Positions 55,901 through 64,000 of a stretch of 64,000 nucleotides of DNA are shown one piece after another. Below the pieces are notes generated by a model, which worked only from the letters and a program-made list of their open reading frames with translations, was not told the origin of the DNA and ran no database searches. Source of the DNA: an uncultured SAR86 cluster bacterium (lineage in GTDB: Bacteria > Pseudomonadota > Gammaproteobacteria > Magnimaribacterales > D2472); the NCBI GenBank assembly GCA_902583575.1, contig CACHWY010000003.1, positions 22,962-86,961 of the forward strand, given 5' to 3'. Every line of letters starts with the position of its first letter. Position 1 is the stretch's first letter. The position numbers were made by a program, and so were the translations under genes.

Positions 55901-56490
55901 TGGCTAGAGAACTTTCAAAAATAATAAATAATTGGGTCCCTAAAGAAAGTAAAGTTATAGACTTCGGTTGTGGAGATGGATCTTTGTTACAAAAGCTAAT
56001 CCAGACAAAAAATGTTCTAGGTTATGGAGTGGAAATTAATAATTCAAAAATTGAAGAATGTATTGCAAAAGGAGTCCCTGTAATAAAACAGGATATTGAC
56101 AAGGGTATTAATGAATTTGAGTCTTCAAACTTTGATTTATCAATAATGGCAAGATCGATTCAATGCTTGAAAAGCCCGAATCTAGCTTTAGAAAGAATGC
56201 TAAATCTTTCAAAAAGATGTGTGGTTACTCTTCCAAATCTTGGTTATTGGAGATGTCGACTGAATCTAGCCTCTGGAAAGATGCCTGTCACTCCTGAACT
56301 TCCATCTAGTTGGTATGAAACAAAAAATATTCATCTTTGTACTATCAAAGACTTCGAACAGCTTTGTATAGATCAAAATATTAAAATTAAAGATAAAGTT
56401 TTCTTAAATTCAAATGGTGATTCTGGGATCCTAGCTTCGATAAATCCAAATTTATTTGCAATTGAAGGGGTTTATTTACTTGAAAAATAA
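55900..56490 (+). CDS. metW: Methionine biosynthesis protein MetW
   Basis: VIDFGCGDGSLL SAM-type motif and TLPNLGYWRCR. Size is 196 aa. It is coupled to metX by a 1-nt overlap. Confidence 0.9.
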   Translation: MARELSKIINNWVPKESKVIDFGCGDGSLLQKLIQTKNVLGYGVEINNSKIEECIAKGVPVIKQDIDKGINEFESSNFDLSIMARSIQCLKSPNLALERMLNLSKRCVVTLPNLGYWRCRLNLASGKMPVTPELPSSWYETKNIHLCTIKDFEQLCIDQNIKIKDKVFLNSNGDSGILASINPNLFAIEGVYLLEK

Positions 56491-57073
56491 TAAAGAAATA
56501 TTAATAGCAACATCTAACCCCGGAAAAGTAAAAGAGTTTGAAAAACTATTTAAGCATCATAGATTATTTTCTTTAACAGACTTAAATATTGAGGATGCTA
56601 TAGAAGATGGGAGCTCTTTTCTTGAAAACGCTCTAATCAAAGCAAAACATGGCTCATTAAGTTCAAGTAAATATACTATTGCTGATGATTCTGGGCTTGT
56701 AGTGCCCGCATTAAATTTTGAACCAGGAATATTTTCTGCAAGGTACGCAGGCAAGGAAGCTTCAGATAAAGAAAATAGAGAAAAAATAATAAACAAATTA
56801 AATAAGCTAAAAGTTACAGACCTTGATGCTTACTATGTTTGTGTTCTTGTGGGAGTAAGAAGTCATGATGATCCTATGCCAATAATTTCTGAAGGTAGAA
56901 TTTTTGGAAAGGTATCTATTAAAAGTTCTGGTGATGGAGGTTTTGGATATGACAAAATTTTCTACCCAGATAATTATTCTTGCTCAATGGCATCTATCGA
57001 TTTAGAAATTAAAAACAGAATTAGCCATAGGGCTATTGCATCGGAAAAGTTTTTAAAGATCTATGAAAATTAG
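56480..57073 (+). CDS. rdgB: dITP/XTP pyrophosphatase (RdgB/HAM1)
   Basis: ILIATSNPGKVKEF, ADDSGL, FGYDKIFYP and ISHRA. The start is uncertain. TTG 56480 sits about 9 nt after GAAGGGG. The longest ORF (TTG 56456) overlaps metW by 35 nt. Confidence 0.88.
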   Translation: MKNNKEILIATSNPGKVKEFEKLFKHHRLFSLTDLNIEDAIEDGSSFLENALIKAKHGSLSSSKYTIADDSGLVVPALNFEPGIFSARYAGKEASDKENREKIINKLNKLKVTDLDAYYVCVLVGVRSHDDPMPIISEGRIFGKVSIKSSGDGGFGYDKIFYPDNYSCSMASIDLEIKNRISHRAIASEKFLKIYEN

Positions 57074-57717
57074 TTTATTTTTTGATAATTAAATTTAAAA
57101 ATATGTCTACCATGGTCTTCACCTCTTTTCTCAAATTTTGAAAGGCGCTCTTTTTCTAAAAATTTTTTCGTAGAAGATTTAAAGAATTTACTATTATTTA
57201 ATATCTCGGCAATGCTTTCAGCATAATTTTCCCAATCAGTTGAGATATATAAATAAGCATTTGTTTTCATTGAATTATTAAGCATTTTTAGAAAATCATT
57301 ATTAATCAATCTTCTTTTATGGTGTCTTTCTTTTGGCCATGGGTCAGGACATATTATTTTAATGGCATCAAAAATTTCTATGGGATTTTTATCTAATAAA
57401 ATTCTAATATCATTAGGAAATATTCTTACATTCTTAATATTGCTCTCTTTTATATTTCCTAATAAAGTTCCTATTCCTGGCATATATACCTCTGATCCTA
57501 TAAATAGCACTTCTGGGTTACTAAGAGCTTGTTGAGAAATGTTTTCTGCATTACCAAAACCAATTTCTAAACAACATGATGAAAATTTAGTGCATTCTTC
57601 CTGGAGATCATTCATATCTTCTAGGGTAAAAATTGATAAATTTTTTAGATTTTCTTCTTGCTTTTTCGTTATGCGTCCCCTTCTTTTAACAAAAGAAGGT
57701 AAAAACTTTAATCGCAT
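57070..57717 (-). CDS. trmB: tRNA (guanine46-N7)-methyltransferase
   Basis: CLEIGFGNAENI, FIGSEVYMPG, CPDPWPKERHHKRR. Size is 215 aa. Confidence 0.9.
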   Translation of the reverse strand: MRLKFLPSFVKRRGRITKKQEENLKNLSIFTLEDMNDLQEECTKFSSCCLEIGFGNAENISQQALSNPEVLFIGSEVYMPGIGTLLGNIKESNIKNVRIFPNDIRILLDKNPIEIFDAIKIICPDPWPKERHHKRRLINNDFLKMLNNSMKTNAYLYISTDWENYAESIAEILNNSKFFKSSTKKFLEKERLSKFEKRGEDHGRHIFKFNYQKIN

Positions 57718-57732
57718 TCAAGGTAATTTGCG

Positions 57733-58593
57733 TTAAGCAAAATCTACCATCAAGGATTTTAATTTTTTTAGTGCACTATTTTCTATTTGTCTTATTCTTT
57801 CAGCTGAAACTTTATATTCATCAGCTAAATCATGAAGTGTAGCTTTTTGGTCTGCTAGATACCTTCGCTGAAGAATGTCTTTGCTTCTATCATCTAACAT
57901 CTTCATCGCCTGAATTAATTCTTCCTTATTTAAATCATCGGCTTGTTCAGTTGCAACAATAACTTCCGGATCATATCTTTTATCTTCAAGATATTGTGAT
58001 GGAGACATAATCTCATCATCATCTCCAGTCGGTACAGGTGAATCAAATGAAGAATCATTAGATGAAAGTCTATTTTCCATATGCAATACATCTTTAACTT
58101 CAACATTTAAATCAGCTGCTATTTTCTCTGCTTCTTCTTTGGTTAGCCAGTCTAGACTTTTCTTTTTGCTTCTCAGGTTAAAAAATAATTTTCTTTGGGC
58201 TTTTGTTGTTGCAATCTTAACAAGCCTCCAATTTCTTAAAATATATTCATGTATTTCGGCTTTAATCCAATGAACAGCAAATGAAACTAATTTAACACCT
58301 CTATGGGGATCATATTTATCAACTGCCTTCATAAGGCCAACATTCCCCTCTTGGATAATGTCGCCTAATGGCAATCCATAGCCCTGATATGACCTTGCTA
58401 TATGCACAACAAATCTTAGATGATGAATGACTAGCATCCTTGCTGCATCTAAATCATCTTCTTCATATAATTTAAGCGCAAGCTCTTGCTCTTCTTCTTT
58501 GGAAAGAATAGGTATTGCATGAACTGACGAAAGATATGATTCAATATCTTTACCTGGACTATTTAGCTGTGAAGGTTGAAGTTGTGTGCCCAT
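57733..58593 (-). CDS. rpoH: RNA polymerase sigma-32 heat-shock factor
   Basis: LVIHHLRFVVHIARSY, the RpoB-box-like QRKLFFNLRSKK motif specific to sigma-32, and a region 4 HTL segment, 286 aa. Confidence 0.95.
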   Translation of the reverse strand: MGTQLQPSQLNSPGKDIESYLSSVHAIPILSKEEEQELALKLYEEDDLDAARMLVIHHLRFVVHIARSYQGYGLPLGDIIQEGNVGLMKAVDKYDPHRGVKLVSFAVHWIKAEIHEYILRNWRLVKIATTKAQRKLFFNLRSKKKSLDWLTKEEAEKIAADLNVEVKDVLHMENRLSSNDSSFDSPVPTGDDDEIMSPSQYLEDKRYDPEVIVATEQADDLNKEELIQAMKMLDDRSKDILQRRYLADQKATLHDLADEYKVSAERIRQIENSALKKLKSLMVDFA

Positions 58594-58647
58594 TTTATAT
58601 AAAAATTTTATAATTAATTATATCAATTAATTATGATTAATTAGAAA

Positions 58648-59463
58648 TTATACCAATTTTTGAAAAAAATCTCTTAAAACAGGTAAAAATTCGTCTTTTA
58701 TTGCATTATTCCTAAAAGCAATGAAATAAGGATTGAGTATAGAATTGGTTTTTGCATAACTTAATTCTCTTTCATCCTCAACACTGATAATACTTCCGCC
58801 AAAGCTTGCAAGAACAGCATGAGCAGCAGCTATATCCCATTCTGAAGTAGGTCCAAATCTAGGATAAATGTCTGCATCACCATCAGCCAAACTGCAAAGC
58901 TTTAATGAACTACCCTTTTCAATTATCTTATATTTTATACTTTGGCCATCTAAAAATTCTAAAAAAGCTTTGTCATTATCACTTTTATGACTTTTACTCA
59001 TAACAATTGTTAATTCATTTGAATTTTTAGAAATTGGATTAGATTCATAAAAAATAGACCCATGCCAAATCTTATTTTTAACTGGGGCGCCAACTATTCC
59101 AAAAACTGACTTTCTGCTCTCAATTAGAGCTATATTCACTGTAAATTCATCTGTTTTATTAACAAATTCCTTAGTCCCGTCTAGTGGATCTACTAACCAG
59201 TAAACATTTTCTAAATTTAAAAGAGACTCTTTATTAAAAGTTTCTTCTGATATTATTGGTATCGATGGGGATATAGATTTGAGTCTATCTATAATAATTT
59301 GATTTGCTCTTTCATCAGCCAATGTGAGTGGGGAGCCATCAGACTTATTTATTTCACCAAAATCATCACTTAAATACACATCCATAATTTCTTTTGATGC
59401 ATCAATAACACAATCTTTAAGGGGTGCTAAATGTTGGACAATAAATTCTGTATCAATTGCCAT
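58648..59463 (-). CDS. cysQ: 3'(2'),5'-bisphosphate nucleotidase
   Basis: SEE metal site, WLVDPLDGTKEF and WDIAAAHAV. Size is 271 aa. Confidence 0.88.
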   Translation of the reverse strand: MAIDTEFIVQHLAPLKDCVIDASKEIMDVYLSDDFGEINKSDGSPLTLADERANQIIIDRLKSISPSIPIISEETFNKESLLNLENVYWLVDPLDGTKEFVNKTDEFTVNIALIESRKSVFGIVGAPVKNKIWHGSIFYESNPISKNSNELTIVMSKSHKSDNDKAFLEFLDGQSIKYKIIEKGSSLKLCSLADGDADIYPRFGPTSEWDIAAAHAVLASFGGSIISVEDERELSYAKTNSILNPYFIAFRNNAIKDEFLPVLRDFFQKLV

Positions 59464-59468
59464 AAGAT

Positions 59469-60305
59469 CTATTCAAGTGCTTTTAATCTTTGATTTACTC
59501 TATCGCTCTGTTCAGGAAAACAATCCCAACAATGCTCATATAACGCCTCTTCCCACTCACCATACATCGGATTAATTAACATATACCATTTTTCTCCCCA
59601 CATGCTTGCATACTTATCAATAAGGGCCTTTCTGTTATTTATAGTTGTTGCAGTTTCCTTCAAAGGTATAAAGTCATCTAATTGGTCTCCAAAAATTTGA
59701 ATAACGCGATAATCTTTCTTTATTAAATCTCTTCGACTTGTCTTGTCTGAGGCCCAACCATTCTCATTCTTCATAAGAAGTACATCTCTATCATTATCAA
59801 AGGGAAGTCCTAGAGTTATTAGGTTGTTTTTTGTATATGCTTCTAAATCATGGGTCCTATTTGTAACATAGAATATTTTTATACCCTTAGAGTCAGCGTA
59901 ACTAAGAAATTCTTTGACTCCGGGTAAAGCATTTGCAGACTCTTCAGACACCCATTCTTTCCATCCAATTGGATAACTTGTTCCATTTAAAATACTTCTT
60001 ACCTGATGCTCTGAATTATCAAGAACAGTTTCATCGATATCTAAAATAATTGCTGGCGGAAGGTTTTGGTAATCTTTTTTTTGATTTATAAGAGCTGTCC
60101 AAGATTTATCTTCTAGCGCCTTATCAATATTACTTTTAGCAGACGTATAAATTTGATAGGTATTCGCCTTATATTCTGCAGATGTTCTCTTAAACAAAAC
60201 TGCAAGCAGTGATTGTTTTTGATATGAATTATCAATTTCACTTGCAAGCGGAGCATTATTAAAAAAAATTATGCAGTATAAAAAAATGTGTCTTAGTGAT
60301 TTCAT
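59469..60305 (-). CDS. Class C acid phosphatase / 5'-nucleotidase, lipoprotein e(P4) family (HAD)
   Basis: Signal peptide, ILDIDETVLDNS (DDDD-type HAD motif I), YVTNR and GDQLDDF. Confidence 0.85.
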   Translation of the reverse strand: MKSLRHIFLYCIIFFNNAPLASEIDNSYQKQSLLAVLFKRTSAEYKANTYQIYTSAKSNIDKALEDKSWTALINQKKDYQNLPPAIILDIDETVLDNSEHQVRSILNGTSYPIGWKEWVSEESANALPGVKEFLSYADSKGIKIFYVTNRTHDLEAYTKNNLITLGLPFDNDRDVLLMKNENGWASDKTSRRDLIKKDYRVIQIFGDQLDDFIPLKETATTINNRKALIDKYASMWGEKWYMLINPMYGEWEEALYEHCWDCFPEQSDRVNQRLKALE

Positions 60306-60356
60306 TATTTAAGAGCATTATAATGCTTAATTAAATTAAGTCACAAAAAGCATATT

Positions 60357-60515
60357 ATGGATAATAAAATAATAGAGAATTTAGAAAAATTAAAAAAAAT
60401 GTTGGTTCTTCTTAGTGAAGAAAGAAAAGTGGTATTATCTCATCATAAGACATTTGAACATGTTGAAAAAATGAGATCAATCGTAAACGAATCAATAGAT
60501 ATAGCGAGAAAATAA
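60357..60515 (+). CDS. Possible 52-aa helical small protein (not in ORF track)
   Basis: Hand translation gives MDNKIIENLEKLKKMLVLLSEERKVVLSHHKTFEHVEKMRSIVNESIDIARK. Its TAA overlaps the ATG of the downstream isomerase gene (TAATG). No SD and no recognisable motif, so it could be chance in AT-rich DNA. Confidence 0.3.
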   Translation: MDNKIIENLEKLKKMLVLLSEERKVVLSHHKTFEHVEKMRSIVNESIDIARK

Positions 60516-61381
60516 TGGCGGATAAAAAATATAAATGTTTTCAAGTAAGTGTCAATAATCATGTAGCTAATCTAGTTTTATCTCGGTCAGATGAACTCAA
60601 TACTATGTCCAGGGATTTTTGGGTTGAGCTTGGAGATGTGCTAGAGGAAATAAATCGAAATTCAGACATAAGAGTGGTTGTAATGTCATCAACTGGTAAA
60701 CATTTTTGTGCAGGAATGGATTTAAATGCTTTTGCTAATGGTGTAGATAATATTCCAGACGATAAAAAACCAGATGATGCACGTATTGGCGAAGCTGTAT
60801 ATAGAGTAGCTAAGGAACTTCAAGAATATATCAGCACTTTAGAAAAAATAAGAGTGCCTGTCATTGCTGCTATTCAAGGGGGTTGTATTGGCGGTGCTGT
60901 TGACTTGGTTACAGCTTGTGATATTAGACTTGCTTCTAACGACGCATTTTTCTGTATCCAAGAAATTAATATTGGTATGGCTGCCGATGTTGGAACTCTT
61001 CAAAGACTTCCTAGAATTATCCCAGATTCTAAGATGCGTGAAATGGCATATACCGGAAGAAGAATGTATGCAGAAGAAGCAAAAGATACAGGATTAGTAA
61101 GTGATACCTTTGAATCACAAGAAAAACTCCTTGAGGCTGCAAACAAATTAGCTAATGAAATTGCTTCAAAGTCTCCGGTTGCTATATATGGCCTTAAAGC
61201 AGTTATGAACTATTCAAGAGACCATACTGTAAGTGAGAGTTTGGAATATAACGCCTTATGGAGTGGAGCTATGTTAAGTCAAAAAGATATGACTGAAGCA
61301 ATGACCGCTAACATGGAAAAAAGAGAAGCATCATTTAATAAATTAGTTGATGTAAAGAAATTTAACGAATCAGATTCTTAG
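60515..61381 (+). CDS. Crotonase-fold enzyme, delta3,5-delta2,4-dienoyl-CoA isomerase (ECH1)-like
   Basis: FCAGMDL, GGCIGGAVDLVTACDIRLAS, AADVGTLQRLPRI and SKSPVAIYGLKAVMNYSRDH closely parallel the ECH1 sequence as remembered. Confidence 0.8.
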   Translation: MADKKYKCFQVSVNNHVANLVLSRSDELNTMSRDFWVELGDVLEEINRNSDIRVVVMSSTGKHFCAGMDLNAFANGVDNIPDDKKPDDARIGEAVYRVAKELQEYISTLEKIRVPVIAAIQGGCIGGAVDLVTACDIRLASNDAFFCIQEINIGMAADVGTLQRLPRIIPDSKMREMAYTGRRMYAEEAKDTGLVSDTFESQEKLLEAANKLANEIASKSPVAIYGLKAVMNYSRDHTVSESLEYNALWSGAMLSQKDMTEAMTANMEKREASFNKLVDVKKFNESDS

Positions 61382-62148
61382 GCTTTTCTTAAAAAAACAG
61401 GGACGGTACTTGTTGATTCAGATTTTGAATACTTATATCCATCTGAATTGAAGTTAACTAAATCCTCATGATCAGTTACTTTATTTTGAATAATCCACCT
61501 AGTCATTAAGCCTCTAGCTTTTTTTGCATAAAAACTAATAATTTTATAATTTCCATTTTTATAATCTTTGAAACATGGTGAAATTACATTTAACTCTTCA
61601 GGCATCTTTCCTAGAGCAGTAAAATATTCTTTTGAAGCAAGATTAATTAAAAGACCAGATTTTTGTTCTTTAAGATCATCTAGGACATTTTGTTGTATTT
61701 TATTCCCCCAAAATTCATATAAATTTTTCCCTTTTGGAGTTTCTAACTTTGTTCCCATTTCTAACCTATAGGGCTTCATGACATCTAATGGTTTTAAAAT
61801 CCCATATAAGCCTGACAATATCCTTATATGTTTTTGAGCAAATTTCATATCTGTTTCAGATAAATCTTCTGCCTGAAGGCCTTGATATACATCTCCTTTA
61901 AAGACAAGCATAGATTGCTTTGAGTCAGTTGAAATATTTTTTGAAGCCGCCCATGACTGATATCTATCATAATTCAAAGCAGCTAATTTATCGCTAAGCC
62001 CCATTAAGGAGGCAATATCTTTTGGTTCTTTCTTTTTTAGTTGGCCAATAAGCTGAGTGGATTGACTAAGAAATACTGGAACAGAATGATTGCTGTTAGT
62101 TTCAAATTCGTAATCAAGTGTTTTTGCTGGAGAAAGTACTATAATCAT
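61378..62148 (-). CDS. yaaA: Peroxide stress protein YaaA (UPF0246)
   Basis: MIIVLSPAKTLD start, GDVYQGL and RILSGLYGILKPLD. Size is 256 aa. Confidence 0.92.
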   Translation of the reverse strand: MIIVLSPAKTLDYEFETNSNHSVPVFLSQSTQLIGQLKKKEPKDIASLMGLSDKLAALNYDRYQSWAASKNISTDSKQSMLVFKGDVYQGLQAEDLSETDMKFAQKHIRILSGLYGILKPLDVMKPYRLEMGTKLETPKGKNLYEFWGNKIQQNVLDDLKEQKSGLLINLASKEYFTALGKMPEELNVISPCFKDYKNGNYKIISFYAKKARGLMTRWIIQNKVTDHEDLVNFNSDGYKYSKSESTSTVPVFLRKA

Positions 62149-62183
62149 GGCTGTATTTTAACGAAAACTATAAAGCTTATCCA

Positions 62184-62648
62184 ATGATGTGCCTAGAAAA
62201 AACTATAAATTATTTGGGGCGATTTATATCATTAATGATACCTATCATGGTAATTCTAATGATAGTGATAATTGTTGCCAGGTATTTTCTTGGAATTGGT
62301 CTAACTGGTATTCAAGAGTTAGTTATGTACATCCATGCATTAGTATTCCTTGGTTATGCTGGATATGTGCAATATAAAGATGAGCATGTCAGAGTAGATA
62401 TTTTTTATAGGGATGCAGCTAATAAATATAAAAATAAGGTAAATCTAATATTTGGGATCCTATTCTTAATGCCAATGATGTTTGTTATTGGATATTTTTC
62501 CATAGACCTTATTGAGATGTCCTGGAAAATTAAAGAAACTTCTACTGAAGCTGGTGGGCTGAATTATGTCTATATACAAAAAACTCTTATTTTATTATTT
62601 CCGCTAAGCTTGCTGTTAACAATTATTTACCAACTAAGAGAAAAGTAA
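62184..62648 (+). CDS. TRAP transporter small permease (DctQ family)
   Basis: 154 aa with four TM segments and an HVRVDIFY motif. It sits immediately upstream of the large permease and overlaps it by 1 nt. Confidence 0.8.
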   Translation: MMCLEKTINYLGRFISLMIPIMVILMIVIIVARYFLGIGLTGIQELVMYIHALVFLGYAGYVQYKDEHVRVDIFYRDAANKYKNKVNLIFGILFLMPMMFVIGYFSIDLIEMSWKIKETSTEAGGLNYVYIQKTLILLFPLSLLLTIIYQLREK

Positions 62649-63988
62649 TGGAAATAATACCTCTTCTGCTTTTGATAATTATTTGTGTTGCTTTGTTAAT
62701 AGGTTTTCCGGTAGCTTTTACTTTGGCAGGAATATCAATCTTATTTGCCTTAATATGCATTCCTTTTGGGATATTTGATCCCACTATATTTAAAAGTATT
62801 CCAATAAGAATTTTTGGAATTATGAATAACATAACATTGCTTGCAGTGCCTTTGTTTATTTTTATGGGGACCGTTTTAGAGAAATCAGGTATTGCAGCAA
62901 AAATGTTAGAAAACATGGCTGCTGCTTTTAAAAAAACTAAAGGTGGATTATCAATATCAATTATTGTCGTTGGAGCTCTACTGGCTGCAAGCACCGGTAT
63001 TGTTGGCGCAACCGTAGTTACTATGGGTTTGATGTCTTTACCTATCTTAATTAATCAAGGATATGAAAAAAGTTTTTCAGCGGGATTGGTTGCATCAACA
63101 GGCACCCTAGGGCAAATCATACCCCCTTCCATTGCATTGGTTTTACTTGGTGATGTTATGTCAAATGCTTATCAAAGAGCTCAAAATGATATGGGTATAT
63201 TTTCTCAACAGACGGTTACAGTGGGAGATCTTTTTATAGGCGCAGTAATCCCAGGAATAATGATATGTCTTGGATATCTTATTTATACGATTTATAAAAA
63301 TGGTAAAAATACAGACTTGAAAGATTATTCTAATGAAGTCCCAATTCAAAGGATTGAGATACTAAAAACTCTTGCCCTTCCAATAGTCTTAATCTTTCTT
63401 GTGCTTGGTTCTATATTTACTGGCATTGCAACGCCTACGGAAGCAGCAGCAATTGGAGCTTTTGGAGCGATGCTAATTGCATTTGTAAACGGCAAGATTA
63501 ATTTTCAATTTATAAGGGAAACTTCAGAGAAGACAGCAATAGTATCTACTATGATTTTTACTATACTTATTGGAGCTTCAATTTTTTCATTAATCTTTAG
63601 GGGTGTAGGTGGAGATGAATTAATCGATCTGATTTTTAGCTCTCTTCCAGGTGGACCCCTCACAGCACTAATTTTTGTTTTAATGGTGATTTTCTTATTA
63701 GGATTTATTTTGGATTTTATAGAAATCTGTTATGTAATAGTTCCTTTAATAGCGCCACCTCTTTTAATGATGGGTTTTAATCCAGTTTGGCTGGCAATCC
63801 TCTTTGCAATAAATCTTCAAACTTCATTCTTAACTCCACCTTTTGGATTTTCATTATTTTATCTAAGAGGAGTTGCTGATGAGAGCATTCAGACTTCAGA
63901 AATATATAAAGGTGTATTACCTTTTATCTTTATACAATTAATAATCTTAACTCTTGTATTGGTGTTCCCTAATTTAATAATTTATTGA
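62648..63988 (+). CDS. TRAP transporter large permease (DctM family)
   Basis: 446 aa polytopic protein with LLAVPLFIFMG, GGLSISIIVVGALLAASTG and LTPPFGFSLFYLRG motifs. Confidence 0.88.
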   Translation: MEIIPLLLLIIICVALLIGFPVAFTLAGISILFALICIPFGIFDPTIFKSIPIRIFGIMNNITLLAVPLFIFMGTVLEKSGIAAKMLENMAAAFKKTKGGLSISIIVVGALLAASTGIVGATVVTMGLMSLPILINQGYEKSFSAGLVASTGTLGQIIPPSIALVLLGDVMSNAYQRAQNDMGIFSQQTVTVGDLFIGAVIPGIMICLGYLIYTIYKNGKNTDLKDYSNEVPIQRIEILKTLALPIVLIFLVLGSIFTGIATPTEAAAIGAFGAMLIAFVNGKINFQFIRETSEKTAIVSTMIFTILIGASIFSLIFRGVGGDELIDLIFSSLPGGPLTALIFVLMVIFLLGFILDFIEICYVIVPLIAPPLLMMGFNPVWLAILFAINLQTSFLTPPFGFSLFYLRGVADESIQTSEIYKGVLPFIFIQLIILTLVLVFPNLIIY

Positions 63989-64000
63989 GATATCTAGTAT

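Noticed and set aside
62184-63988. TRAP transporter dctQ-dctM without a dctP binding-protein gene.
   Set aside because: yaaA lies upstream on the other strand, but the window ends 12 nt after dctM. A downstream dctP cannot be excluded, so absence cannot be claimed.
1-64000. CRISPR arrays, IS elements, integrons, prophage, restriction-modification, toxin-antitoxin or other defence loci.
   Set aside because: Reading through all ORF translations and every gap over 40 nt, I found no repeat-spacer periodicity, transposase or integrase motifs, or paired small ORFs typical of TA systems. The only repeat of note is the 103-bp tandem duplication. An exhaustive repeat search was not possible by eye.

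Overview
The window is a tightly packed, visibly AT-rich core-genome segment. G+C is roughly one third by eye and was not computed. Gene content and synteny point to a streamlined marine gammaproteobacterium, possibly SAR86-like; that taxon call is inference only.

I can support about 75 protein genes, one tRNA-Phe, two hairpin terminators, two sigma70-like promoters and one tandem repeat. Most neighbouring genes touch or overlap by 1-40 nt.

Synteny blocks recalled from E. coli and Pseudomonas:
- cca ... folK-folB-tsaD, divergent from rpsU
- rph-pyrE
- yicC-gmk-rpoZ-spoT-ridA
- rubredoxin divergent from ubiC-ubiA
- yqiB-yqiA
- GS-ntrB-ntrC
- mutY-yggX
- rppH ... lgt-thyA-folA
- efp, argS-SPOR
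- yggS-proC-yggT-metX-metW-rdgB
- trmB, rpoH, cysQ

I saw no transposase, integrase, phage gene, CRISPR array, toxin-antitoxin pair or recognisable defence system. I cannot honestly point to a large new multi-gene system.

Items most worth a second look:
1. A 103-bp tandem duplication straddling a gene junction (19997-20202).
2. A 57-aa rubredoxin missing from the ORF track. Its stop overlaps the start of a dicarboxylate/amino-acid:cation symporter, and no rubredoxin reductase is present.
3. A eukaryote-type glutamine synthetase II sitting where glnA normally sits, upstream of ntrBC.
4. A complete Vibrio TonB2-style six-gene cluster with no receptor gene beside it.
5. An ACE-like M2 peptidase lipoprotein.
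6. A patch of small membrane and His/Met-rich secreted proteins around ybjQ.
7. An ACAD10/11-type kinase-domain protein translationally coupled to a FolM-like reductase inside a folate locus that also holds a degenerate-looking folK.

All family assignments come from motifs I read in the supplied translations and from remembered homologue sequences. No database search was run.
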